Source: an uncultured delta proteobacterium (GTDB taxonomy: Bacteria; Desulfobacterota; Binatia; UBA9968). From it: 64,000 bases of DNA. The DNA lies in contig CAWFJP010000003.1 in assembly GCA_963816145.1 (NCBI GenBank), forward strand, positions 544,001 through 608,000, read 5' to 3'. Below, piece by piece: positions 43,501-54,040 of this stretch. Made by a program: the position numbers and the translations under genes. A model generated the notes under the pieces. The model ran no database searches. It had not been told where the DNA came from and saw only the letters and a program-made list of their open reading frames with translations. Every line of letters begins with the position of its first letter. Position 1 is the first letter of the stretch.

Positions 43501-46500
43501 CGAGTCTGAGGCAAGTTATCTGTAGCGGGGAAGCATTATCGTACGAACTGCAACAGCGCTTCTTTGAGCGCAGCACGGCCAGACTACACAATTTGTACGG
43601 CCCGACCGAAGCCTCGATCGATGTAACCGCTTGGGAATGCAGGAAGGATAGTGACCTTCGGATCGTCCCCATCGGACAGCCGATTGCCAATACGCAGATC
43701 CATATCCTAAACGTTAATCTTCAGCCGGCACCCATCGGTGTGACAGGACAGCTTCATATCGGCGGGGTGGGGTTGGCCCGGGGATATCTGAATCGTCCTG
43801 AGCTGACCGCAGAGAAGTTCATCACCGATCCCTTTAGCCAATTGCCCGGCGCCAGGCTCTACAAGACCGGCGATCTAGCGCGCTACTTACCTGACGGCAA
43901 CATCGAGTTTCTCGGCCGCATCGACGATCAAGTGAAGATCCGCGGCTTTCGCATCGAACTGGGTGAGATCGAATCCGTGCTCGCCCAACATCCCGCCATC
44001 CAACAGGCGGTGGTGCTCGCAACAGAAGACACGCCCGGAGACAAGCGGCTGGTGGCTTATAGCGTTGCTACTGATGGCTCCGCCCCTTCGGCGCACGATC
44101 TGTGCAGCTATCTGCAACAGAAGTTGCCCGAGTATATGGTGCCGTCGGCATTCGTATTCCTCGATTCGCTGCCACTCACACCCAACGGGAAGCTCGACCG
44201 CAAGTCGCTACCCGCACCCGACCCAATCAGACCCGAACTGGAGAAAACCTTCACCGCCCCCCGTACTCCGAAGGAAGAAATGCTGGCCAAGGTCTGGGCG
44301 GAAGTCTTGAAAATCGACAAGGTCGGCGTCAACGACAACTTCTTTGGCCTTGGAGGCCATTCGCTGTTGGCGACCCAACTCATCTCTCGTATTAGAAACG
44401 ACTTCAGAATCGATTTGCCGTTACGAACCCTATTCGAGAGTCCCACAGTGGCTGGTATAGCCGAGCACTTGGAATCGACTTGCAGGCTGCAAACAGTGTC
44501 AAGCACCTTACCCGTTTTGCTAGAAGCGAGAGACGAGGGATATCCGCTTTCGTTCGCTCAGGAGCGCTTTTGGTTTCTCGACCAACTTCAACCCAACAAT
44601 CTGGCCTACAGCATTGGATACGGGTTTAACCTCGACGGACCTTTAAACGTGAATGCCCTAGAGCAAGCGATTTCAGAGATCGTTACAAGGCATGAAGCTT
44701 TGCGCACAACGTTTCACCAACGAAATGGCCGGCTAGTCCAGATGATCTCCGAGCAATGGTCCTTTCGACTATCGAATGTCGATCTGAGCACGAAACGCGT
44801 AACCGAGATGGACGCGGAGGTCCAACGAATTTTTGAGAGCGACCGGAGGCGAGGTTTTGATCTGTCCGCCGACTTGCTGTTGCGGGCCACGTTGTTGCGA
44901 CTGGGCGAGAATAAACATGTTCTCATCCTCACAAGTCATCACATCGCTTGGGATCACTGGTGTATTGAGGTATTTTTCCGCGAACTCTCCGCGCTTTATC
45001 AGGCATTCGCTAACGGAAAACCCACTCCTCTGTCGGCGCCACGGCTTCAGTATAAGCACTATGCGCTTTGGCAGCGAAACGCGTTCCGGGATGAGGAGGC
45101 CGGACGTCATTTAGCATACTGGAAACAGCAGCTTGCCGACGCTCCGCGCGATTTACATCTACCTACTGATTATCCACGCAAGCCATTACAGAACCGACGT
45201 GGAGTCCGTCAAACCCTCATCCTTCCGGAGGAATTAAATAATGCGCTACGCTCCTTGAGCAGAGAAGCTGGGGTCACGCTCTTTATGACGTACCTAGCCG
45301 CTTTCCAAACACTGCTAAATAGAATCACCGGCCAGGATGATATTGTCGTCGGCACTCCGATTGCCGGTAGAAACCTCCTTGAGACAGAAAAACTCATCGG
45401 CTTATTTCTTAACACCCTCGCCTTGCGAACGAACCTTTCAGACGACCCGAGCTTTCTAAAACTATTGACAAGGGTTCGAGATCTAGCGCTCGGAGCTTAC
45501 GATCATCAGGACATCCCTTTTGAAAGACTTGTAGAGGAATTGCAGCCGGAGCGAGTTTTGACTCACACGCCGCTCTTTCAAGTGTTCATTAATATGTACA
45601 ACTTCAAAGAAGCCACGCTCGAGCTCGACCGGCTGTCGGTGAAACGTCTTCCTGTCGGTGAATCAGGAGAGCAGTTTGATTTAACTTTTACAATCCGCGA
45701 AGACGCCGACGGGACGCATTTAACATTCGGGTATGATGCCGAATTGTTCGAGCACTCTACTATTCGGCGCATGCTGGGTCACTTTGAGACGTTGCTGGAA
45801 GGGATTGTGGAGGATCCGGCCCGCTGCATTTCGGATTTACCGCTTTTGTCCGATGCCGAGAAGCAGCAATTGTTGATCGAGTGGAACGACACTCGGAGGG
45901 ACTATCCAAAAGACCAATGCGTTCACGAACTGTTTGAAACTCAGGTCGAGAAAACCCCGGACGCCGTAGCCCTTCGCTTCGAAGACCGGCAGCTCACCTA
46001 TCGAGAACTGAACGGAAGAGCCAATCAGTTAGCACACTATCTCATCAAGCTCGGCGTCTGTCCCGAGATGCTCGTCGGCATCTGCGTGGAACGATCTATT
46101 GAAATGATCGTCGGCTTGCTGGGTATTCTTAAAGCGGGCGGGGCCTATGTCCCCTTGGACCCAAGTTATCCCAAAGATCGTCTAAAACTTATAATGAATG
46201 ACTCCCAGATATCGGTATTGTTGGTGAACAGCGGCTTAGGCGAAAAGAGTGGATCAAGCAAAGATGACAGCGATTTTCCATCTGTCGTTTTCGATACTCG
46301 CATCAAACGGGTATGCCTCGACCGAGACCGACCGGTCATCGAGCAGGAAAGCCGGGAAAATCTCACTGCGCCTGTCCAGCCCGGTGATCTTGCCTACGTC
46401 ATCTACACTTCGGGCTCGACCGGAACCCCCAAGGGAGTCGCGATTGAACACCGCCAAACGGGGGCTTTCTTATCTTGGGCAAAATCCGTTTTTAATCAGG

Positions 46501-47789
46501 ACGAGCTTTGTGGGGTTTTGGCCTCCACCTCGATTTGCTTTGATCTTTCGGTCTTCGAGATCTTTGCCCCATTGAGCAGCGGCGGAACCGTTATTGTGGC
46601 ACAGAACGCCCTTGCCCTCACCCGCTTACCGAAGCCATCGACGGTCAGTCTGGTAAATACCGTGCCTTCGGCCATGAATGAATTACTGAATCTAGCCGCA
46701 ATTCCAGAGTCCGTACTTGTGATCAATCTTGCCGGGGAGCCGTTGCGAACCGACTTGGTGCGGCGCATCTACGAGTCCTCATCGGTACGTAAAGTTTATG
46801 ACCTTTACGGACCGAGCGAATGCACGACCTATTCAACGTGGACCTGTAGGACGCCGGACGGTCCGCAAACGATCGGCCGTCCCATCACGAATACCCAGGT
46901 TTACCTACTCGATAGCGGTCTCAATCCTGTGCCCATTGGCACTGTTGGCGAGATCTACATTGGCGGGAATGGAGTGGCCCGGGGCTATCTCAACCGTCCC
47001 GAGCTGACGGCGGAAAAGTTTATCGCCGATCCGTTTAGCGACCAACCCGGTGCAAGATTATACAAAACCGGTGATCTGGCCCGTCACCTGCCCGATGGCA
47101 ACATCGTATTTCTCGGTCGCAGCGATCATCAGGTCAAGATTCGCGGCTACCGCATCGAGTTGGGGGAAATCGAAAGCGTGCTTGCTCAGCATCCCGCCAT
47201 CCAACAGGCGGTGGTGCTCGCGAGAGAAGACACTTCGGGGGACTGTCGGCTGATGGCCTATGCCGTTAATCCGGCGGGCTTGAACCCATCGGCTCAGGAT
47301 CTGCGTAGATTCCTGCAACAGAAGCTCCCCGAATATATGGTGCCCTCGACCTTCGTTTTTCTCGACTCGCTGCCCCTCACGGCCAATGGCAAACTCGACC
47401 GCAGGGCGCTGCCGGCTCCCGATCAGTCCAGACCCGAACTCGATGAAACCTTTATCGCCCCAACAACCCCGGTCGAAGGGATCCTCGCCAATATCTGGGC
47501 CGAGGTTCTCAGGCTCGACAAGGTCGGCGTCCACGACAACTTTTTTGAACTGGGGGGCCATTCGCTACTGGCTACTCAGATTGTATCTCGAATACGTAGT
47601 ACGTTTTCTATCGACCTGGCGTTACGCAGCCTGTTTGAGTCGCCAACCGTGGCTGAGATGGCAGTCATTATCATAGAAAACCAGGCAAAGCGGGCAACTG
47701 AGGCAGGGCTAACGGATATTCTGGGTGAGGTGGAGGCAACGACGGAGGAAGAAGTGCAGAAAACACTAGCAACATATTGGCCTCGATGA
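37560..47789 (+). CDS. NRPS 1: A*-T-A*-T-C-A(Ser)-T-C-A(Ala)-T (A* = atypical A domain)
   Basis: Four YTSGSTG P-loops, four GG(H/D)SL carrier motifs, C motifs HHIVCDG and HHIAWDH. A3 has FDVSVWE/LHFVPS/EASIDV (Ser-type); A4 has FDLSVFE/NTVPS/NLAGE/TTYST (Ala-type). Confidence 0.92.
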   Translation: MIHILKNGLDPVPEQQAIRDKCFHPSGAFVEFPIEDVEASIPARFEKIFRQHPDRIAVKTETGVVTYGELNAMANRFAKSLLQCTGPRAGLVALLLEKDVAQVAAMLGVLKAGKFFLILDPTFPKARLIAMLKGSWAKLVVTNQRNASLANEIATPDCELIQWETINESIPGDNPELPIAPKALAFINYTSGSTGEPKGLLRTHRMILHNIMLRTNLIHVCEQDRISLLSSGTSNAITNSFLALLTGAGLYSLEVKKEGAVRLAHWLAEENITIAPMSSPLFRGLCETLNGIRNFPNLRVIRLRSESVYGSDVGLYKQYFSPNCNFVTGLSSNETGPLADYLIDHDTVVTDSAVPVGYAAPGKEVVLLNQDGERIGFDEVGEIAVRSRYLSPGYLRNPRLTKAKFRRDPTATGSRIYLTGDLGLMLPNGCLIHKGRKDFRVKVRGYPVDIKEVEIALRAHPSMHDAVITARQNQLGETTLVAYFVTASEQVPTVSELARFLGQTLPDYMIPATFVRLNSMPLNPQNKVDRAALPPPAETRPNLDTPFMAPRSDEERAVAEIWAEVLGIDRVGIHDDFFDLGGHSLAATRIVTRVIEKFHAELALQVLFDSPTAGKMAAAVRERQSLDHQLSSQPSSDSVQARPGELSIDFTPFPKEDVERSIPERFEKIVRMYPDKIAVKSGNEVVTYAQLNAMANRVARRIVSENGAEPEPVGLLIDKGVEQTAAMLGVLKAGKFFVLFDPSFPLERNSAIFEDTSPRLILVDAKNTPYGCKLTDTTSSLITFESIDPNSVSDDLTVKIAPDSLAYVVYTSGSTGQPKGVLQTHRSRLHFVMVYSKMLSLSPNDRCILLTSGTANTVANSLFALLNGAALHPINVNELGLSRLAGWIIDEKISICAISAPLFRNLCESLTGNEKFADLRVLRLTSEASYKSDFELYKRFFPRTCCLANMLAPTEAGILRQFLMDHETQISGDEIPLGYPVDDTEIFLLDSKGREVGCNEVGEIVVRSRYLSSGYWLRPELNKAKFKADPHEAGQRFYYTGDLGLMLPDGCLIHKGRKDFRVKIRGYGVEIGEVETVLRSHAAVKDCVVVDRKGDSGETKLIAYYTSSATFIPNTSELRKFLSRSLPDYMVPSMFVGLETIPLTPNGKLDRHALPEPGGRRPDLDIPFQPPRTDVETRVAQIFTECTGIERVGIDDNFFELGGDSLLFTRLLSRVSVMFQREFSIQELFEAPSVAGIARLLESPTQPAVVKAEPTLSLISKDTPVPLSYSQQRLWFLDQFDPRSFAYNLFAAFRLKGDLNVAALEQSFNAIIRRHEILRTVFQSENGNPIQVILPNLAIKMPLVDLRAIASEAARWTEARRMFTEEAQRPFDLATGPLVRITLLQLADDEYILLRAIHHIVCDGWSVGVLFHELSEIYEALSTGQPSPLADLPTQYGDYAKWQRQWFQDERLESQLSYWKEQLDNIATLQLPTDRPRRTAQAIRGARRYFAFSDALSTELKKLSHEHGATPFMTLLAAFQTLLHRYSNQTDVVIGSPVAGRTRKEFDELIGFFLNMLVLRLDLSADPTFAETIARARKVCLGALSHQELPFEKLVEELHPDRNLSHNPLFQVSFAFQNTPRFPPRLSGVEVEELEVDTGIARFDLHLFMEEMDGHLQGYCDYDSNLFNADTIERMLGHFQTLLQGIVADPNQRISDLPLLTEREKHQLLVEWNDTQTDFPKDKCIHQLFEEQVEKSPDAIALVFEDQQLSYRELNSRANQLAHYLRKRDVEPDSIVALCMNRSLELVIAILGVLKAGGAYMPIDPELPAQRLQFLLEDAQVRLLLTQDKLRSALADFAGHIVCLDSDWHKLADQSHEDPQHHVRGHHAAYVIYTSGSTGTPKGVVNVHDGLRSRIQWMQESYQLTSADRVLQKTPFTFDVSVWEFLWPLISGACLVVARPGGHRDSSYLVQLIQSQQITTLHFVPSMLEVFLQEPGAERCTSLRQVICSGEALSYELQQRFFERSTARLHNLYGPTEASIDVTAWECRKDSDLRIVPIGQPIANTQIHILNVNLQPAPIGVTGQLHIGGVGLARGYLNRPELTAEKFITDPFSQLPGARLYKTGDLARYLPDGNIEFLGRIDDQVKIRGFRIELGEIESVLAQHPAIQQAVVLATEDTPGDKRLVAYSVATDGSAPSAHDLCSYLQQKLPEYMVPSAFVFLDSLPLTPNGKLDRKSLPAPDPIRPELEKTFTAPRTPKEEMLAKVWAEVLKIDKVGVNDNFFGLGGHSLLATQLISRIRNDFRIDLPLRTLFESPTVAGIAEHLESTCRLQTVSSTLPVLLEARDEGYPLSFAQERFWFLDQLQPNNLAYSIGYGFNLDGPLNVNALEQAISEIVTRHEALRTTFHQRNGRLVQMISEQWSFRLSNVDLSTKRVTEMDAEVQRIFESDRRRGFDLSADLLLRATLLRLGENKHVLILTSHHIAWDHWCIEVFFRELSALYQAFANGKPTPLSAPRLQYKHYALWQRNAFRDEEAGRHLAYWKQQLADAPRDLHLPTDYPRKPLQNRRGVRQTLILPEELNNALRSLSREAGVTLFMTYLAAFQTLLNRITGQDDIVVGTPIAGRNLLETEKLIGLFLNTLALRTNLSDDPSFLKLLTRVRDLALGAYDHQDIPFERLVEELQPERVLTHTPLFQVFINMYNFKEATLELDRLSVKRLPVGESGEQFDLTFTIREDADGTHLTFGYDAELFEHSTIRRMLGHFETLLEGIVEDPARCISDLPLLSDAEKQQLLIEWNDTRRDYPKDQCVHELFETQVEKTPDAVALRFEDRQLTYRELNGRANQLAHYLIKLGVCPEMLVGICVERSIEMIVGLLGILKAGGAYVPLDPSYPKDRLKLIMNDSQISVLLVNSGLGEKSGSSKDDSDFPSVVFDTRIKRVCLDRDRPVIEQESRENLTAPVQPGDLAYVIYTSGSTGTPKGVAIEHRQTGAFLSWAKSVFNQDELCGVLASTSICFDLSVFEIFAPLSSGGTVIVAQNALALTRLPKPSTVSLVNTVPSAMNELLNLAAIPESVLVINLAGEPLRTDLVRRIYESSSVRKVYDLYGPSECTTYSTWTCRTPDGPQTIGRPITNTQVYLLDSGLNPVPIGTVGEIYIGGNGVARGYLNRPELTAEKFIADPFSDQPGARLYKTGDLARHLPDGNIVFLGRSDHQVKIRGYRIELGEIESVLAQHPAIQQAVVLAREDTSGDCRLMAYAVNPAGLNPSAQDLRRFLQQKLPEYMVPSTFVFLDSLPLTANGKLDRRALPAPDQSRPELDETFIAPTTPVEGILANIWAEVLRLDKVGVHDNFFELGGHSLLATQIVSRIRSTFSIDLALRSLFESPTVAEMAVIIIENQAKRATEAGLTDILGEVEATTEEEVQKTLATYWPR

Positions 47790-47796
47790 AGAAATA

Positions 47797-48624
47797 GTGA
47801 CGGATATGAATGATTCGGCAAACCAGGAATTCAAGCTTCCGCCAGAACAGCAGGCGATCCGTGACAAGTGTTTCCATCCGTCGGGAAAGTTTATTGAATT
47901 TCCAAAAGAGGACGTCGAGTCATCGGTCCCGGAGCGGTTCGAAAAGGTCGTCGCACAGTTTCCCGAGCAGCTCGCGGTCAAAATGGGAGATCGAACGCTG
48001 ACGTATCAGGAATTAAACCACGCCGCGAATCGCCGGGCACACGCCATCCTGACACAACGGGGAGAAACGCAAGAACCCATTGCGCTGCTGATGGAACATG
48101 ACTCTCCATTGTTAGTCGCAATCGTCGGAGTATTGAAAGCCGGCAAGATTTGCGTGCTTCCGGACCCACCGTTTCCCAAAGCCAGAAACGCCTTCCTGTT
48201 AGAAGACTCGCAAGCAGGTCTCCGCATCACCGACAGCACAAAGCTTTCCTTAGCCGTAGAATATGCCCATGACAGGTGTCCATTTATAAATGTTGGCGAG
48301 TTGAACTCCGGGCATTCAATTGACAACCCGGGATTGTCAATCGCGCCCGATCAATTTGCTTTTCTCGTCTACACATCGGGCTCGACCGGACTACCTAAAG
48401 GTGTCATTCAGATTCACCGAAATCTGCTGCCCGATAGCCTGTTCGATTGCAATGGCCTTCATATTCGTACTGACGACCGGGTAGCGCTTCGCCACTCCTG
48501 AGGGTCAAGGGGACTGGGCAAATAGGAGATGGAAGGGAGCTTGTCTAAACTAAAGTCGCTTACCGATGAGGAAGCAATGCAAATCCCAGCGGAAGAACGC
48601 AAAACAGAGCACAAGCGAGACTGA
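47797..48624 (+). pseudogene. Internally deleted NRPS gene: leader plus first part of an A* domain, then a decayed C-terminal tail
   Basis: The ORF stops at 48501 shortly after YTSGSTGLPKG. The following DNA encodes GLGK*EMEGSLSKLKSLTDEEAMQI...KRD* (to 48624), resembling the acidic tail of NRPS 1. Confidence 0.7.
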
Positions 48625-48625
48625 G

Positions 48626-51600
48626 ATGAAGTCACTGGCAATTAGCCATGGCCCATCACTGGTGCATAGTCCCGATGCGCCGAAAACACTGCCGGATTGT
48701 CTTTATGGAGCAGCACGACAATCCCCGGACCGGGGGATTGTTTATCTCCACGAGGACGGTTCAGCAGAATTTCAATCCTACCCAGCGTTGCTCAAGGAAG
48801 CGAGACAACTTCTTGGCGGTCTTAAAGATGCGGGGCTCGAGACCGGAAATCGAGTTATTTTCCAGCTCGATCGAAATGAAGATTTCATCCGCGCATTCTG
48901 GGCCTGTACAATAGGCGGATTTGTCCCGGTGCCAATAGGGGCAGGTCTGAAACCCAGTGGCGGCGCGGTCGGCAGGCTCCTCAATGCCTGGGAAAACCTT
49001 GGGTATCCGATCATTTTAACTACGAACAGAATGATCGACTCGGTGCGGGATTGTTTCAATTTTCACGAATTGACGAATCTGCGAATTGAGGCCATCGACG
49101 GTCTATCGAAAACGGAATGTGACCCCGACGCCCACTACAGCGAGTCCGATCATTTAGCCGTGTTGATGTTAACTTCCGGCAGTACCGGCACAGCCAAAGC
49201 CGTAAGGCTGTCTCATGCAAATCTCTTGAGCCGGTCGTGCGCCTCGATTCAAATGAACGGCTTTTCGCCACGAGACGTCTCTTTGAACTGGATGCCTTTG
49301 GATCACGTTGCCGGATTGATCTACTTTCATCTTCGGGACGTTTGTCTTGGCTGCCAACAGGTTGACGTGCCGACGGACCTTATATTAACAAACCCGCTCA
49401 AATGGTTGGACCTCATTGAGAAATACAGAGCGACCATCTCCTTCGCGCCGAATTTCGCCTACGGTTTCATCAACGACCGCGCTCAGGAATTATCTCGGCG
49501 TCATCGGGATCTGTCCTCGATGCGGGTCATCTTGAATGGCGGTGAAGCTATCGTCGCTAAAACCGCAAGGCAATTCCTCAAGCTTCTTAGTTCTCATGGA
49601 TTATCGCCCAGTGCAATGCGCCCGGCGTGGGGAATGTCCGAGACATCATCGGGGATTACTTATGCGGATACTTTTAGTTTAGACAACACAACAGATGAGG
49701 ATTCATTTGTCGAGGTAGGAAGGCCTATTGCCGGCGTATCGTTGCGCATTGTCGATGAGCAAAATAATCTGATGGAAGAAACGACAATCGGATCGTTACA
49801 GGTTAAAGGATTGCCGGTGACCACCGGCTACTACGGTCGACCGGAGGCTGACCGAGAAATATTTACGGACGATGGTTGGTTGAAAACAGGGGATTTAGGA
49901 TTTCTCCGCCACGGACGTTTGACCGTTACCGGACGAGAGAAGGATGTCATCATCATCAATAGTCTAAACTATCCGAGTCGCGATATCGAATCAGTGGTCG
50001 AGGAAATCGCCGGAGTGGAGAGCTCTTATACGGCGGCGTGTGCGGTTCGGAACCAAGATGCACAGACTGATAAACTAGTGGTGTTTTTTCATCCGTCGTC
50101 TGAGAAGCGTTGGCCACTGTCGCAGCTTCTGAAGGACGTCCGCCGCTGTATTGTGCGCAAGCTTGGTATTGGGCCGGATTATTTACTGCCGATCGAAAAG
50201 CAGGATATTCCTAAGACCTCAATCGGCAAAATTCAGAGATCGCAACTTGCCGAGCGCTTCCAGGCCGGTGATTTTGATCACATTGTCAAACGAGTCGCAG
50301 GCTCGGAGGTTTTCCTCGACTCAAGGTACGTGGCTCCTCGAACTGCAGTGGAGGAGATTTTAGCAGAGATCTGGGCTGAAGTTCTCAAGCTCGACAAGGT
50401 CGGCATCGACGACAACTTCTTTGAGTTGGGGGGCCATTCCGTATTGGCCACTCAGGTGCATTCCAGGATTCGTTTGGCGTTCGAGCTTGACATCCCACTG
50501 CGAAGTTTGTTTGAGAATCCCACGGTTGCCAGTTTGGCAGCGCACTTCGAGGGAGTGCAAAACGAAGCCCCGCGGTTACAAACCCTACTCACCTCCTCTA
50601 TCTCGAGTCAGAAGAGTCTCCCGCTTTCCTTTGCCCAGCAGCGGTTGTGGTTTTTAAACCAACTGGAGCCGGATAGCCAAGTTTATAACGAACGCAAGAC
50701 CTTGAGACTGCGAGGCAGACTGAACCGTAAAGCCCTGCAAAAAGCTCTCGACACTATCGTAAAGCGTCACGAAGTTCTGCGTACTACGTTTTCCTCGGTC
50801 GATGGCAAGCCGATCCAGATTATCCACGAGGGCGCCAACGTCCAACCAGAAATGACCGCGATCGACCTGATGGGTTTATCTGACGAGCAGAGGGGCGACG
50901 AGTTAGACCGGCTTTTGAGTGAACTTACCCACCGCCCATTTGACTTACGAAAGGATTGGCCGCTGCGCGGAACGCTGATCCGATTGGGTGATGAGGAACA
51001 TGTCCTCCTTTTTATCATACATCATATTGTGTTCGACGGCTGCTCCAGTGACATACTGTTTAGGGAATTATCGGCACTGTATAAAGCCTTTTGCCAAGGA
51101 AAGGGTTCAACGCTCAAGGACTTGCCGATCCAATATGCGGATTATGCGGTATGGCAGAAAGAATGGCTGCAGGGGGAAGTCCTGCAGCAACAACTCTCGT
51201 ATTGGAAAAGGCAGCTCAAAGGTGTTTCCCCACTCGAGTTGCCGACAGACCATCCGCGGCCAGCCGTGGTGGGACATCTTGGCCAGACCAAGACGTTAAA
51301 ATTCCAACCAGCGTTGGCCCGGGATTTGAAAAACCTCAGCCGCCAAGAAGGCGTTACTTTGTTCATCACCTTGCTGGCGGCGTTTCAGACCCTTTTGCAT
51401 CGTTATTCAGGCCAGGACGACATAGTGGTGGGCAGTCCCGTAGCCGGTCGTACGCGGGAAGAGGTTGAAGGACTCATTGGATTTTTTGTCAACACACTGG
51501 TGTTACGCAATGATTTTTCGGGCAGCCCGACATTTCGAGAGTTATTGGCACGGGTCAGGAAGAATGCTTTAGACGCCTATAGTCACCAAGACGTGCCGTT

Positions 51601-53846
51601 TGAGAAGCTGGTGGAGGAACTCCAGCCAGAGAGAGACTTGAGTTACAACCCGTTTTTTCAGGTGATGTTCCAACTTGGACACTATCCGACACAGTCTGTT
51701 TCACCGGGGGATATGAACATTGAGGAATATGAGTTTGGCAATGACATCGCAAAGTTTGATCTATCCGTGGGGTTACGGGACGATGAAAGGGGGCTGACGG
51801 GATCGGTCGAATACCGGATTGACCTATTCGATCAAACGACCATCGAGCGCATGCTGGGTCATTTTCAGACCCTGCTCGAGGGCATCGTAGACGATCCGCA
51901 TCAGCCGATCGGCGAACTGCCACTGCTCACCGAACCTGAAAAGCACCAATTGCTGGTTGAGTGGAACGACACCAAGACTGAATATCCCAAAGACAAATGC
52001 ATCCATAATCTGTTTGAGGCTCAGGTGGAGAGAACACCAGATGCCGTAGCGGTTGTCTTCGAAGACCAACAGTTGAACTATCGCGAGTTCAATAACCGAG
52101 CCAATCAGTTAGCGCACTATCTCATCAAGCTCGGTGTCGGCCCCGAAGTGCTGGTCGGCATCTGCGTGGAACGCTCCATAGAAATGATTGTTGGGTTGCT
52201 GGGCATCCTCAAAGCCGGCGGCGCCTACGTGCCACTGGATTCTTCGAATCCCACAGACCGCTTGGGTTTCGTGCTAGAGGACACCCAGGTCGCCATAGTG
52301 ATAACCGAAGTAGTTTCGCTAACGAACCTACCGCCAACAAGCGCCCGTGTGATTTGTCTTGATCGAGACTGGGAACAAATATCCAAACAGCCGCAAGATA
52401 ATCCAGACAACGAAGCCACAGCCGACAATCTGGCCTATGTCATTTACACTTCAGGAACTGCAGGTACTCCAAAGGGAGTCATGATCAATCATCGGAGTCT
52501 TGGTAAATTACCTTTGCTGGTTCAACGAAAGTCCACTGGCCCAAACTGTGCAAAGTTTGCCCGTGCTCACCAGAACAACCTTCGACGCAAGTTTGAAGCA
52601 GCTATTCGCATCGCTTCTGCGAGGCGGTCAAGTGTGGATTCTGTCGGATGAGCTCGTGAACCAACCGACTGCGTTACTAGAGGCGTTGACCACGCGTAAC
52701 AGGGTTGGGCTTAATTGCGTTCCCACCTTGTGGAGGGCTGTACTTGACGAGCTAAATCCGGATCGTGCGACTGCAGTGAGGAACTCCCTGTCGGCTGTAT
52801 TACTAGGAGGTGAACAATTAGATCAGCATTTGGTGGATCGAACGTTCGCCGCCATGCCCGAAATTGAGATTTGGAATCTCTACGGTCCAACTGAGGCCAC
52901 AGCTAACGCGTGCACAGGAATGGTCACGCCGCATTGCTCTCCAACCATCGGACGGCCGATTGCCAACACGCAAATCTATATTCTCGATCGGCAATTGCAG
53001 CCGGTTCCCATCGGGGTAGCGGGAGAACTGCATATAGCCGGCGATGGCTTAGCCCGGGGTTATCTGAACCGTCCGGAACTAACAGCGGAGAAGTTCATCG
53101 CCAATCCATTCAGCAAGGTTCCGGGCAGCCGACTTTATAAGACCGGCGATCTAGCCCGCTACTTACCCAACGGCAACATCGAGTTGCTCGGCCGCATCGA
53201 CAATCAAGTCAAGATCCGCGGCTTCCGCATCGAGTTGGGTGAGATCGAGGCCGTGCTTTCCAAACACCCCGCAGTAGGAGAAACGGTTGTGCTCGCACGA
53301 GAAGACACACCGGGAGACCGCCGCCTCGTGGCCCATACCGTCGCCACTGTGGGCGCCAACCCTTCGGCCGACGACCTGCGCAAATTTCTCCAACAAAAGC
53401 TCCCCAACTACATGGTGCCCTCGGCCTTTATGTTCCTTGATTCTCTGCCGCGCACCACCAACGGCAAGCTCGACCGCAAAGCGCTGCCAGCTCTCGATCA
53501 CAGCAGACCCGAGTTGGACGATGCCTACACCGCCCCGAGAACTCCTGTAGAGGAGATCCTCGCTAACATTTGGACCGACATCCTCAAACTCAACAAGGTC
53601 GGCATCCATGACAATTTTTTCCACTTGGGGGGGCACTCCCTGCTGGCCACGCAGGTCGTCTCGCGCATCCGCGACTCTTTCAAACTCGATTTGCCCTTAA
53701 GGACTCTGTTCGAAGCGCCGACGGTTCAAGGGCTCGCACAGAGGTTACAAGAACTGGGACACACACACGATGTCCCTCAAACGGCGGGGATTGCCCCCGT
53801 TGCGCGCGAGCAATATCGAGTTCGAACATCGAATTCTCAGCAATGA
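48626..53846 (+). CDS. NRPS 3: acyl-adenylating (AL) domain-T-C-A-T, with +1 frameshift near 52500
   Basis: LTSGSTG, WMPLDHVAG, APNFAY, PAWGMSET and IPKTSIGKIQR (acyl-ligase type); GGHSV; HHIVFDG. The A domain continues in ORF 52500..53846 (HRSL/VNYLCWF). Confidence 0.85.
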
Positions 53847-53920
53847 GTAACCATGAGCCGTATTACTAAGAAAGGCGGACCGTTCTCGATCGGAGGTCAC
53901 TGGGAGTGATTCTTCCAAGC
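53661..53920 (+). repeat. Direct repeat, copy 1 (copy 2 at 62268..62527)
   Basis: Near-identical 3' gene end (IAPVAREQYRVRTSNSQQ*), spacer and GGAGG RBS, at offset 8607 bp. Confidence 0.85.
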
Positions 53921-54040
53921 GAAACCGGCTAATGACCAGGAGATAGCTCGAATGATACGCGAGATAGAGGATATGGCGAAAGACGAAGCTGAGAAACAGC
54001 TCATTGGACAGAAAATGCGAAGCTGAAAACCACACTAGAT

